Below, one piece after another: positions 50,264-59,280 of a stretch of DNA of 64,000 nt. The stretch lies in contig JBCBZT010000001.1 in assembly GCA_039815185.1 (NCBI GenBank), positions 206,149-270,148 of the forward strand. The letters are read 5' to 3'. Made by a program: the position numbers and the translations under genes. The notes below the pieces were generated by a model. The model was not told the origin of the DNA and made no database searches. It saw only the letters and a program-made list of their open reading frames with translations. The stretch's first letter is position 1. Every line of letters begins with the position of its first letter. Origin of the DNA: Cyanobacteria bacterium P01_A01_bin.123. Lineage in GTDB: Bacteria > Cyanobacteriota > Cyanobacteriia > Phormidesmidales > Phormidesmidaceae.

Positions 50264-50791
50264 ATGGGACTTTTGGATCAGGTACTCCAAGCCGTCGAGG
50301 ATCCCGATAAGCAGGCCAATATGGCCCAATTGGGGCAACTTGCTACTACTGTGCAACAACTTAGCCGCGACAACAATGCTGATGCTGGAGCGATGCAGCA
50401 AGTCATATCTGTCGTAGGCGGTTATGTTAAATCTTCGCTGAAGGAAAAACGTCAAACCGAAGGGAAAGAGACCGCTGAGGCGATTGTTAATCGAGGCAGT
50501 CAATCAGGGATGGCGGCACTGCAAGACTTGTTTAGCCCTGCCCAGCAGCAGCAAGTGGCCCAAGCCGCTGCCCAAAAGTCAGGCATCGACGTGAGCCAAG
50601 TTCAAAAGTTGCTGCCGATAATTTTGCCCGTCGTGATGCAGTTCCTAAATTCAGGGAGTTCTAAAACTGCAACAGCCCAACCTGGCAAAGGCACTGGCAA
50701 TGGGCTGCTCAATAGCTTCCTTGATGGCGACGGCGACGGCGATGTGGATATGGGCGATATGCTAGGCATGGCCAGTAAATTTATGAAGTAG
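50264..50791 (+). CDS. DUF937-like protein
   Basis: MGLLDQVL..., LLPIILPVVMQFL, C-terminal FLDGDGDGDVDMGD; GGAG RBS. ORF track starts at 50219. Confidence 0.75.
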   Translation: MGLLDQVLQAVEDPDKQANMAQLGQLATTVQQLSRDNNADAGAMQQVISVVGGYVKSSLKEKRQTEGKETAEAIVNRGSQSGMAALQDLFSPAQQQQVAQAAAQKSGIDVSQVQKLLPIILPVVMQFLNSGSSKTATAQPGKGTGNGLLNSFLDGDGDGDVDMGDMLGMASKFMK

Positions 50792-51165
50792 TGGATATTT
50801 TAGAGCGCATCAAAGCTGACTACGCTCGCTTCCCGGCAGATCAAAGCTATGAACTGTACGCACCAGATGTGTACTTTAAAGATCCGCTGAACGAGTTTCG
50901 TGGGGTGAATCGCTATCGCCAAATGATTGGGGTGATGGGGCAATGGTTAAAGCAGATTGAGCTAGAGCTTTATAGCATCGAGCGATCGCAGCCTGATACC
51001 CTAATCACCCGTTGGCAACTCAGTTGGGTTGCCCCGCTGCCCTGGCAACCCAAGATGGCCATTCCTGGCCGGAGTGAATTGAAGCTCAACGAACAGGGCT
51101 TGATTTGCTCCCACATCGACTATTGGGACTGCTCTCGCTTAGACGTGCTAAAGCAGCTCTTTTGA
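50791..51165 (+). CDS. DUF2358 / SnoaL-like protein
   Basis: LYAPDVYFKDPLNEFRG, RWQLSW...PW, SHIDYWD. Confidence 0.85.
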   Translation: MDILERIKADYARFPADQSYELYAPDVYFKDPLNEFRGVNRYRQMIGVMGQWLKQIELELYSIERSQPDTLITRWQLSWVAPLPWQPKMAIPGRSELKLNEQGLICSHIDYWDCSRLDVLKQLF

Positions 51166-51246
51166 ACGCCATAAACGCCATAACATACTCCATCCCTCTC
51201 CGATAGGTTATGGCTCATGGGCATTGAGAAACGATCAGCGCTTTTG

Positions 51247-51294
51247 CCAGATATAGCGGTAGCCACAAAACTTTGTGGCTACCGCTATATCTGG
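51247..51294. repeat. 48-bp palindrome built from two right ends of the dispersed repeat
   Basis: CCAGATATAGCGGTAGCCACAAA-AC-TTTGTGGCTACCGCTATATCTGG. Confidence 0.85.
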
Positions 51295-51342
51295 AACACC
51301 TAAGGTACGCCTGGGGAACGTTCAGGTTTCTACCGTTGAATC

Positions 51343-52557
51343 ATGCAATCCAAATTTGACTTGGAGGTCATGATGACAACATTACAGTCCACCACCACCA
51401 AAGACTATCAGGCCATTGCAGCAACCTTGGCCGATCAACTCAAGAAAACGGCGCTAGAGCGCGATCGCGCAGCGGGTATCCCCAACGATGAAGTGCGCCT
51501 GTTGCGCGAAGCCGGATTGTTACCCCTGGTCGTGCCCAATGTTTATGGTGGTGCTGGGGCCAACTGGATAGAGGCTATGGCCGTGATCAAAACGTTGGCA
51601 AAAGGTGATGCTGCTACCGCGCAGCTTTATGCCTATCATCTGCTGTTGAGTGCAACCCCCACGTTGTCGGGTACGCCCGATCAGGCCAAACGGTTCTACC
51701 AGGAAACGGCTCAGCACCATCTCTTTTGGGCTAACGCTATCAACATCCGCGATACCCGGTTGACGATTGAACCTGACGGTAACCAGTATCGAGTCAATGG
51801 GGTGAAATCTTTTTGCACTGGGGTTACGATTGCCGACCGGATTATTTGCACAGCCGTGGAAGCGGGCCATCCGATTCCAGTCTTGTTTGTGTTGCCCAGC
51901 GATCGCGCTGGCCTAACTTACAACCATGATTGGCATGTTATGGGTCAACGACGCACCGCTAGCGGTAGCTTCACCTTTGACCGGGTGATCGTGAAGGCCG
52001 AGGAGATTTTGGGACCGCCGACCAATCCCGAGGGTGCAGCGGCTACCTTTTTAGGCATTCATGGTCTGCTCCTCCTAAGCCATATTTTTCTGGGCATCGC
52101 CGAAGCCGCCTTTGAGGCAGCTCAGGACTATACCCACACCCAAACGCGGCCCTGGCTCACCGCTGGGGTTGACCAGGCCGTCAAAGATCCCTACTTGCAG
52201 CGTCACTATGGCCAGTTTTGGGCCCAGCTAAAGGGGGCAAACGCGTTGGCAAACCAAGTGGCTCAGCAAGTGCAGCAGGCTTGGGACAAGGGTGATGCGC
52301 TGACCCACGAGGAGCGGGGCGAGGTGGCGATCGCCGCCGCTGCCACCAAAGCAGTATCCACTGAGGTTGGGCTCACCATCACCAGTCGCATGTTTGAGCT
52401 CATGGGAGCGCGCTCGACTGCTACTCGCTATGGTTTCGACCGCTACTGGCGAGATCTGCGCACCCTCAGCCTCCACGATCCCTTAGACTACAAACTGCAA
52501 GAAATCGGGAATTGGGTGCTGACTGGCGAAGTGCCCATGCCGAGCCCGTATGCCTAA
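51343..52557 (+). CDS. Acyl-CoA dehydrogenase-fold flavin monooxygenase (DszC/SfnB-like)
   Basis: NGVKSFCTG, DWHVMGQRRTASGS, RPW..GV, FDRYWRDLRTLSLHDP. Confidence 0.85.
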   Translation: MQSKFDLEVMMTTLQSTTTKDYQAIAATLADQLKKTALERDRAAGIPNDEVRLLREAGLLPLVVPNVYGGAGANWIEAMAVIKTLAKGDAATAQLYAYHLLLSATPTLSGTPDQAKRFYQETAQHHLFWANAINIRDTRLTIEPDGNQYRVNGVKSFCTGVTIADRIICTAVEAGHPIPVLFVLPSDRAGLTYNHDWHVMGQRRTASGSFTFDRVIVKAEEILGPPTNPEGAAATFLGIHGLLLLSHIFLGIAEAAFEAAQDYTHTQTRPWLTAGVDQAVKDPYLQRHYGQFWAQLKGANALANQVAQQVQQAWDKGDALTHEERGEVAIAAAATKAVSTEVGLTITSRMFELMGARSTATRYGFDRYWRDLRTLSLHDPLDYKLQEIGNWVLTGEVPMPSPYA

Positions 52558-52746
52558 CTCAAGTCTTCTGAACATCAGCATCAGGCGTCAACAGGCACTT
52601 GTGCTTGATGCTTTCGTTGCAGTCAGCGATCTGATCGTTCATGACTGTGGAAAGGCCATATTTCTTCATAATGGAGGGAGCGTTTCCACCGATCTGACAG
52701 TGAGTAGCGCGGTTGATGCCCTATTCCAGGATCATGCAAGGAGTTT

Positions 52747-53469
52747 ATGGACACTGTGGCTGACATCTGGATCATCGGCGGCATCATTAGTTTAGCTTCT
52801 CTGATTCAAAGCCTGACTGGTTTTGGATTTGCCCTCGTAGCCGTTTCTTTCTTACCGCTGCTGCTGGATTTACAAACTATAGTGCCTTTGGTTGTACTGA
52901 CGTCCATGGTGGGGAACATCACACTGTGCTGGCATTATCGCGACAGTTTTGACTGGCGGGCTGTGGTGCGTTTGCTGGTCGCAGCGCTACCGACCATTCC
53001 CCTGGGGATTCTGGTTTTGCAGTATGTACCAGAACAGTTTGCCCTGCGGGTTTTGGGCTGTATCGTGCTGACCTATGTGCTCTATGATGGCCTGAAGTTC
53101 ACCCTGCCTAAACTATTGTCGCCCCATTGGGCCTATGCGTTTGGTGCGATGGCGGGGGTTTTAATTGGGGCATTTAATGCCGGGGGGCCACCGATTGTGA
53201 TTTATGCCAACTGCAATCGCTGGAGTCCTGAACGGTTCAGGAGCAATATCCCGGGTGTATTTTTGGCGAGTGCGCTGGTGGCCATAACAGGCCATTATTT
53301 TAGAGGCAACCTGACGGTGGATTTATTGCGCATGGCGCTCTATGTTACGCCGTTTTTTGTCAGTGGCCTATTGCTGGGAATATTCTTATCGAAGCGAATT
53401 GATGCCAGCGTGTTTCGACAAATTGTGCTGGTGTTATTAGGAATCATGAGTCTGCGACTCATGTGGTAA
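52747..53469 (+). CDS. TauE/SafE (TSUP) sulfite exporter family protein
   Basis: QSLTGFGFALV and GAFNAGGPP repeats; polytopic. Confidence 0.88.
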   Translation: MDTVADIWIIGGIISLASLIQSLTGFGFALVAVSFLPLLLDLQTIVPLVVLTSMVGNITLCWHYRDSFDWRAVVRLLVAALPTIPLGILVLQYVPEQFALRVLGCIVLTYVLYDGLKFTLPKLLSPHWAYAFGAMAGVLIGAFNAGGPPIVIYANCNRWSPERFRSNIPGVFLASALVAITGHYFRGNLTVDLLRMALYVTPFFVSGLLLGIFLSKRIDASVFRQIVLVLLGIMSLRLMW

Positions 53470-53481
53470 GCCGTGACGGGT

Positions 53482-54684
53482 TTATTTGATGTCATGATGG
53501 AGTTGCTCAAGCATGTCTAGCACTGACTGGAGTTGCGATCGTTGCTGATCTATCGATAGGTCTGCATCAACGAGTATTCTTTGAACATGGGTATACATCT
53601 GGTTCAATGAAGACGTCAGTCTCTTGCGATCGCAAACAACAGACTGCGAGGACGCAGATGAACGCCCGCCTACCGATAGATTTTGCGAGATAAGATGAGC
53701 AGGCTGGGCTTTTGATTGAAGCGAACCGTTTGAGGACGGCTGTTTTAACTGTTTTAACTCCATTTGCTGGATAGTTTGCTGTAGGTTTTCAATCACCCCA
53801 TACATTTCCATTGGGTCAAACACCCGCAATAAACTGGTTTGAGTAACGATGCCTAAACCTCTGCCCCAATTCCAGGACACCACCAAACGCCCCACCCGTC
53901 GTTGCTGCATTTCCTGATGGGCTGTCCATAGCGAGTCTTTGGGGTTAAGGAGCAGCAGTGGACTACTCATGACCGTCTGCGCTTCAGTTTGACCTAGATC
54001 AATCTGAAATGCTTGAAACTGTACAATATCTCGTTCAGTCACGATACCCACAGGCTGTTCGATCTCCTCTGCATCGAGTTGTGTGATCACCACGCAACTG
54101 ACGCGATGGATTGCCATTAACTGTGTCAGCTGCAAAATAGTCGTGGTCAACGGCGCATGAATGACGTCAGTTGTCATCACATCCGAAACACGGCGAAATC
54201 GCAGCAGGTTAGCCGGACGTAGCACCTGGCGAATGCTTTCGTGGGAAAGGACGCCCACTAACTGTGCTTGATCATCCACAATTGGTAAATGTCGAATGCG
54301 ATAGCGACGAAACAAAAACAGGGCCGCAAAAATATCCTGCACGGAGCGCTCAGGCAATGTGATCACAGGATGAACCATGACATCTGCCACGGTCACTGTT
54401 TGAAAGTCGATGACGTTGGCCGTCAATCGCACCACATCACGCTCAGTCAAAATGCCCAGTATTTCCCGCCCTTGCATGACAAGGACACAACTGGCACGCG
54501 CCGTTTTAGCACCGTCTGACGGCGTTACGTCCTCTGCTAAGCAGCAAGTATGGCGATGGGCCTGGCTAATGAGGGCGATCGCATCTACCAATAGCGTATC
54601 GGGTGAAACCGTCAGCGGTTGGCGCTCGATAGCATCTTCTAGATCGGGAACCCAGGAAAGTGTTGTCTCAAAGGGCATAGGCAT
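53482..54684 (-). CDS. Four-CBS-domain protein with helical C-terminus
   Basis: GILTERDVV, IRHLPIVD, GIVTERDIV, GIVTQTSLL. Confidence 0.88.
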   Translation of the reverse strand: MPMPFETTLSWVPDLEDAIERQPLTVSPDTLLVDAIALISQAHRHTCCLAEDVTPSDGAKTARASCVLVMQGREILGILTERDVVRLTANVIDFQTVTVADVMVHPVITLPERSVQDIFAALFLFRRYRIRHLPIVDDQAQLVGVLSHESIRQVLRPANLLRFRRVSDVMTTDVIHAPLTTTILQLTQLMAIHRVSCVVITQLDAEEIEQPVGIVTERDIVQFQAFQIDLGQTEAQTVMSSPLLLLNPKDSLWTAHQEMQQRRVGRLVVSWNWGRGLGIVTQTSLLRVFDPMEMYGVIENLQQTIQQMELKQLKQPSSNGSLQSKAQPAHLISQNLSVGGRSSASSQSVVCDRKRLTSSLNQMYTHVQRILVDADLSIDQQRSQLQSVLDMLEQLHHDIK

Positions 54685-54799
54685 TACCGAGCAAACTGTG
54701 CAGTTGGACGGAAAAAGGGAGTAAACTGCCGAGCGAAACCGTCGCCATCATAGCTATCCGAACGATTATGAGCTGCGGAATTGTCAATACTTTTATAGA

Positions 54800-54880
54800 G
54801 GGATGTAACGCTTTGGCCTCGGGAAAGCAATTTATCTATATCTTTGAACAAGATTTTGGTATATAATGGAGGGATGTTAC
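54800..54880 (+). promoter_or_regulatory. Conserved non-coding motif downstream of recombinase-domain gene 1
   Basis: GGGATGTAACGCTTT...AGATTTTGGTATATAATGGAGGGATGTTAC; repeated at 56493-56572. Confidence 0.55.
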
Positions 54881-54975
54881 AGATAAGGTCGTATAACTTC
54901 TGTTGAACCTGGCTCTGACACCTTTAAGGTTGCCAGAAGTTTCGTTGCTGAAGTCGAGGACGCTACTTTTAGAAG

Positions 54976-55323
54976 TCATGGGCTCTGAGGGTTGATGCCT
55001 CGCGTTCTAGGGGATCTGCCGTAGAGTCGATCCAATACGCGCTTTACGGAAATACGCTGCCAAGCCTGCCCCCGCTTAGTGGTGTAGCTCTGCTGGTTCA
55101 GCCAATCTGCGATTTTTTGCAAAGATTTGCCGGACTTATGGTGACGGCGAATCAGCTCAATGATCTCACATTCTGCTGGATCATCGATGAGTTCACCGTT
55201 GACTGATCTTTGCCCGAAGGCTGGTGAGCCGTAGCCCGCGTAGCCACCGCTACAAGCTTTGGCCTGCCGCCCTTGCTCAAGTCTTTTGAAAACCTCATGT
55301 CTTTTTAGATGTTCAGCGCTCAT
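54976..55323 (-). CDS. Stand-alone serine-recombinase 'Recombinase' (DNA-binding) domain protein, copy 1
   Basis: RLEQGRQAKA.SGGYAGYGSPAFG...SLQKIADWLNQQ.YTTKRG..W....V.RVL; no catalytic Y.RVS domain. Confidence 0.75.
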   Translation of the reverse strand: MSAEHLKRHEVFKRLEQGRQAKACSGGYAGYGSPAFGQRSVNGELIDDPAECEIIELIRRHHKSGKSLQKIADWLNQQSYTTKRGQAWQRISVKRVLDRLYGRSPRTRGINPQSP

Positions 55324-55389
55324 CGCCGTTGGCAGCTTATCGACCTTGCCCTCAGTGTATCAATATAAATTAGGTCAAAGAAAAGACGA

Positions 55390-55749
55390 ATGGAGAAGAA
55401 GTATCCAAGTGACTTAAGCGACAAACAGTGGGAAATTGTCCACAATTTTTACAAGCATCAATACGGTGGGAGAGGCCGTCCACCATCAAAACGGCTGCGC
55501 GAGATATGGAATGCGATCCTGTATATGAACCAGGGCGAGGTAAGTTGGCGGAAGCTGCCGAAAGACTTTCCGCCATGGCGTATCGTGTATAGTAATCTCC
55601 TCAAGCTATCGAAAAGCGGTAAGTATGAGATGATCATGCGTGCCTTGAACCAGGATGTGCATCTCAAGGTTAGTAAAGAAGCAAGCTCCTCGGTTGCTAT
55701 TGATGACCATCAATCGGTTAAAAGCGAGTCACCAAAAGAATTAGGCTAA
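55390..55749 (+). mobile_element. IS5-family transposase N-terminal fragment (DUF4096-like)
   Basis: YPSDLSDKQWE, GRP....REIWNAILY, WRKLPKDFPPW..VY; ends just after AID.QSVK. Confidence 0.8.
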
Positions 55750-55874
55750 AAGATTGGTAATTCTCAGCCCAGTAGCTAATTGGTGTGAGGTGATTTAGGA
55801 GGGCGCGAAGCGGAGAATTGCCCTATCCATGAATCATGCCCCAAACCGTTAACGAGATTGGGTAATACTCAAGG

Positions 55875-56190
55875 GGTAATGATGGAATTGTTAAAGTGAG
55901 ATCGCAGTCATTGCATCCTATCCATGCCCAGTTGCCCCAAATGTAGCACCGAGCGCACCGTCAAAAACGGGCGTATTCACATTGGTAAGTAGCGTTTCCT
56001 TTGTCAAGGCTGCGGTTATCAATTCGTCGAAAACCCCACCGATAAACGCATTGATCAGGCGACTCGGGAACTGATTGACCGACTGTTGCTAGAGCGGCTC
56101 CCCATGGCAGGCATTGCCCGAGCGGTGCAAGTCTCAGAGCAGTGGCTTCAGGATTATGTCAATTGTAAAGCCGCTCAAACCTCACGGAGA
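55875..56190 (+). mobile_element. IS1-family remnant (InsA-like, nonsense mutation)
   Basis: GGTAATGATG end; from 55924 MPSCPKC...VKNGRIHIGK*RFLCQGCGYQF...GIARAVQVS..WL, with TAG at 55990. Confidence 0.8.
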
Positions 56191-56426
56191 CTGTAAGCCT
56201 GCACCCAGCGATAGATCGTCGTGTGCTCAACCTCAACCCTGCGTTCAACCATCATCTCTTCTAAATCTCGGTAGCTCAAGCCATAGCGTAGGTACCACCG
56301 GACATTCAGCAGGATGATCTCAGCGTGAAAGTGACGCCATTTGAATGGGGGGGAAGCCGACATTTTGGGATAGATGCAATTGGCCTTACCATCAAACGAT
56401 CTACGCCCTGTTTTTGCAACAGAGCC
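56190..56426 (-). mobile_element. IS6-family remnant (left end plus transposase N-terminus)
   Basis: Terminal GGCTCTGTTGCAAA at 56426-56413; from ATG 56363 FKWRHF..EIILL.VRWYLRY.LSYRDLEEMM.ER...HTTIYRWVQ. Confidence 0.85.
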
Positions 56427-56492
56427 GAAAATCGTTGCTATCACAAACGTTTGAACCCATACGAATGACAGAGCCACGAATGCTCCTGACTG

Positions 56493-56572
56493 GGGATGTA
56501 ACGCTTTATTTCAGTTATGAGTTTAAAGATCAAGGTTTTTAACAGATTTAGGTATATACTGAGGGATGTTAC
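56493..56572 (+). promoter_or_regulatory. Conserved non-coding motif downstream of recombinase-domain gene 2
   Basis: GGGATGTAACGCTTT...AGATTTAGGTATATACTGAGGGATGTTAC. Confidence 0.55.
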
Positions 56573-56607
56573 GCGATAAATGCTCAACTGATTACCTCGC
56601 AAGGTTT

Positions 56608-57042
56608 TCAGCTCCCCATGGTTTCAACATTGCTATTGTCAGACATGAATTGAGCCATTTGGAGGTTCCTCGGCGTTTTTGCAGCGATTCCTTGGGTTCT
56701 GGGCGTTTTTCCATAGAGTCGATCTAACACTCGCTTAACGGAAATGCGCTGCCAAGATTGTCCTCGCTTGGTGGTGTAGCCCTGCTGGTTTAGCCAGTCT
56801 GCGATTTTTTGCAAAGACTTGCCGGACTTATGATGACGGCGAATCAGGTCAATGATTTGGCATTCTGTCGGATCATCTACCAGTTCACCGTCCACTGAGT
56901 TTTGCCCAAAGGCAGGCGATCCGTAGCCCGCATAGCCACCACTTCCTGCTTTTGCCCGTCTCCCTTGGTCTAGCCTTTCCCAAATTGCGCGGCTTTGTAG
57001 GTTTTCGGCACTCATAGCTGCAAGTAATGGGTGAGCATACAT
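56608..57042 (-). CDS. Stand-alone serine-recombinase 'Recombinase' domain protein, copy 2
   Basis: Highly similar to 54976-55323 from MSAE onward; no room for a catalytic domain before the ferredoxin gene. Confidence 0.78.
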   Translation of the reverse strand: MYAHPLLAAMSAENLQSRAIWERLDQGRRAKAGSGGYAGYGSPAFGQNSVDGELVDDPTECQIIDLIRRHHKSGKSLQKIADWLNQQGYTTKRGQSWQRISVKRVLDRLYGKTPRTQGIAAKTPRNLQMAQFMSDNSNVETMGS

Positions 57043-57082
57043 TTTAGTTTATCAGTTTCAGTTTTTTTAATTGGAGAAATTC

Positions 57083-57379
57083 ATGGCAACGTACAAAGTC
57101 CAACTTGTAAATAATGATGGGTTGGATGTCACTATAGATGTCCCAGACGATCAATACATTGTTGATGCGGCAGAAGAGCAGGGCGTTGATTTACCCGTTT
57201 CCTGCCGGGCTGGTTCTTGTTCTACTTGTGCAGGCAAGCTTGTTTCTGGTGAAGTTGATCAGTCAGATCAGGTATTTTTAGATAGCGATCAACTAGAGGC
57301 AGGGTTCGTATTAACCTGTGTTGCTTATCCCGTCTCAGACTGCAAAATTAAAACTCACGAAGAAGAAAATTTGTACTAA
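57083..57379 (+). CDS. petF: Plant-type [2Fe-2S] ferredoxin
   Basis: [37 protein letters not shown]. Confidence 0.93.
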   Translation: MATYKVQLVNNDGLDVTIDVPDDQYIVDAAEEQGVDLPVSCRAGSCSTCAGKLVSGEVDQSDQVFLDSDQLEAGFVLTCVAYPVSDCKIKTHEEENLY

Positions 57380-57480
57380 GTTTTGGCCAAATTCAGATCT
57401 GGAAGTTTTTCTAAAAGAAAACTCCAAATCCCGAAATGGCCTTGATGGGGGCAACATATTATTTATTTGGAGATGCAGAT

Positions 57481-57804
57481 ATGGGTACGGCTACGTTTAT
57501 TCAAGATGAAACTGAATTTGATTCGCTCCTCGCGAATGAGACGCTATTAGTTGTAGACTGCACCGCTACTTGGTGTGGGCCCTGCAAGCTTGTGGCACCT
57601 TTGATGGATCAACTAGCTGATGACTATAGCGATCGCGTTAAGGTCTTCAAGGTAGATTTAGATGAGAATCGGCCTGTCGCCAAACGATTTGGCATTAAAA
57701 GCATCCCGGCTGTCTTGTTCTTTAAGCAAGGTGAATTGGCGGATACCGTTGTCGGTGCCAAACCGTATGAGGAATTTAGCGATGCGGTAAAACGCCTCTT
57801 ATAG
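57481..57804 (+). CDS. Thioredoxin
   Basis: WCGPC active site, SIPAV cis-Pro motif; GGAG RBS before ATG 57481. Confidence 0.93.
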   Translation: MGTATFIQDETEFDSLLANETLLVVDCTATWCGPCKLVAPLMDQLADDYSDRVKVFKVDLDENRPVAKRFGIKSIPAVLFFKQGELADTVVGAKPYEEFSDAVKRLL

Positions 57805-57875
57805 CGCCAGATTTTTGTGACGGATATCAGTGCATCGGCTTCAACCTAATCATCCTGACCCGCGGAGGTTCTGCT

Positions 57876-58124
57876 ATGTCAACTGTTCAAATTGTTCGAT
57901 GTCCCAACTGTGGCAGTTTGGCAGAACGTCAGTTGTTGAGCGATCGCCGAGTTCCCATCGACGATCAGGTCATTCAGACTGCATGCCCAGTTTGTGACTA
58001 CCTGATGGTGATGAGCGTATCAACCGGCAGCGTGATAGAAGCCTATGCACCGGGTCGATCCAGTCAGCCTAGCCACTATAGTCCGATAGCCAGTCAACCC
58101 CGTTTGCTTGTCCAAACTATCTAA
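57876..58124 (+). CDS. Small Zn-ribbon protein
   Basis: CPNCG...CPVCDYLM; GGAGG RBS; lies within the operon. Confidence 0.8.
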   Translation: MSTVQIVRCPNCGSLAERQLLSDRRVPIDDQVIQTACPVCDYLMVMSVSTGSVIEAYAPGRSSQPSHYSPIASQPRLLVQTI

Positions 58125-58153
58125 CGAGTCCTCTTCAATCCAGGTTAATACCC

Positions 58154-58768
58154 ATGATGAAAGCAGCAGACATCATGACCCGAGATGTGGTCACTATTCG
58201 CGGCTCTGCCACTGTTGCAGAAGCTGTGGAACTGATGAAAACCAGAGGATTGCGTGCCTTGATTGTTGAACCCCGACATGACGCTGATCCCTACGGCATG
58301 GTGACCGAAACCGACATTATTTATAAGATCGCTGCCTATGGGCATGATCCGAAGCAAATGCGGGTCTATGAGATTATGACCAAGCCTTGTATCGTGGTCA
58401 ACCCAGACCTGGGCGTTGAATACGTAGCCCGATTATTTGCTCAAACGCGAATTCGTCGGGCTCCGGTGATTCAAGGCTCTCTATTAGGCGTTATATCGAT
58501 TAGCGATATCCTTAACAAGAGTGATTTCGTTGAAAAGCCAAAGCCTCTATTTATCGAAGACCGAATTGAAGTTGCCCGTGAAGAAGCTCGGGCCATTTGC
58601 GAGCAGCAAGGTGCTACCTCACCTGCTTGTGCGGCAGCTTGGGATGTCGTTGAAGAACTTCAAATGGCAGCGGCCGATCAACGCGGTCAGAAGCAGGAAA
58701 AATCTGCTTTTCAATCGTATTGCGAAGAAAATCCTGATGCGCCAGAAGCGCGAGTTTATGAAGATTAA
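58154..58768 (+). CDS. CBS-CP12 fusion protein
   Basis: CBS pair followed by C(8)C-AAAWDVVEEL and YCEENPDAPEARVYED. Confidence 0.92.
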   Translation: MMKAADIMTRDVVTIRGSATVAEAVELMKTRGLRALIVEPRHDADPYGMVTETDIIYKIAAYGHDPKQMRVYEIMTKPCIVVNPDLGVEYVARLFAQTRIRRAPVIQGSLLGVISISDILNKSDFVEKPKPLFIEDRIEVAREEARAICEQQGATSPACAAAWDVVEELQMAAADQRGQKQEKSAFQSYCEENPDAPEARVYED

Positions 58769-58806
58769 GTTGCTTCATTCAGAGTTCAAAAGGGGGACAA
58801 AGCACC

Positions 58807-59262
58807 ATGATGAAAGCAGAACAGATCATGACCAAAAACGTGATCAAGATTCGTGGCTCCGCAACCGTTGCTGATGCGGTAGGACTGATGAAAGAGAAAG
58901 GCTTGCGTGCACTGATTGTTGAACCACGCAATGAATCTGATCCCTATGGGATGGTAACTGAGACAGATATTATCTATAAAATCGCGGCTTTTGGTCATGA
59001 CCCAAAACAGATGCGGGTCTATGAAATCATGACTAAGCCCTGTGTAGTGGTCAACCCAGAACTTGGCGTTGAGTATGTCGCTCGATTGTTTGCCCAAGCG
59101 CGAATCCGTCGTGCCCCTGTCATCAAAAATGGACTTCTGGGCATTATTTCTGTTAGCGATATTCTCAAGAAAAGTGACTTTGTCGAAAAGCCAAAGAGCA
59201 ACTTTGAACTGTACTGTGAAGATAATCCAAATGCTCTAGAAGCCCGAATTTATGAAGATTAA
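58807..59262 (+). CDS. CBS-pair paralog retaining only the CP12 C-terminal tail
   Basis: CBS pair nearly identical to the upstream gene; ends NFELYCEDNPNALEARIYED; lacks AWD.VEEL. Confidence 0.9.
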   Translation: MMKAEQIMTKNVIKIRGSATVADAVGLMKEKGLRALIVEPRNESDPYGMVTETDIIYKIAAFGHDPKQMRVYEIMTKPCVVVNPELGVEYVARLFAQARIRRAPVIKNGLLGIISVSDILKKSDFVEKPKSNFELYCEDNPNALEARIYED

Positions 59263-59280
59263 GTAGCAGGATAAAGATTA

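Noticed and set aside
52550..52795. 81-aa ORF bridging the monooxygenase and TauE genes
   Set aside because: Overlaps both neighbours and shows no recognisable motif.
54868..54906. GAGGG-ATG mini-ORFs in the conserved motif
   Set aside because: No spacing between the putative RBS and ATG, and the peptides are not conserved between the two copies.
54976..57042. Active XisF-like excision element or prophage integrase
   Set aside because: No catalytic serine domain, no interrupted host gene and no phage genes.
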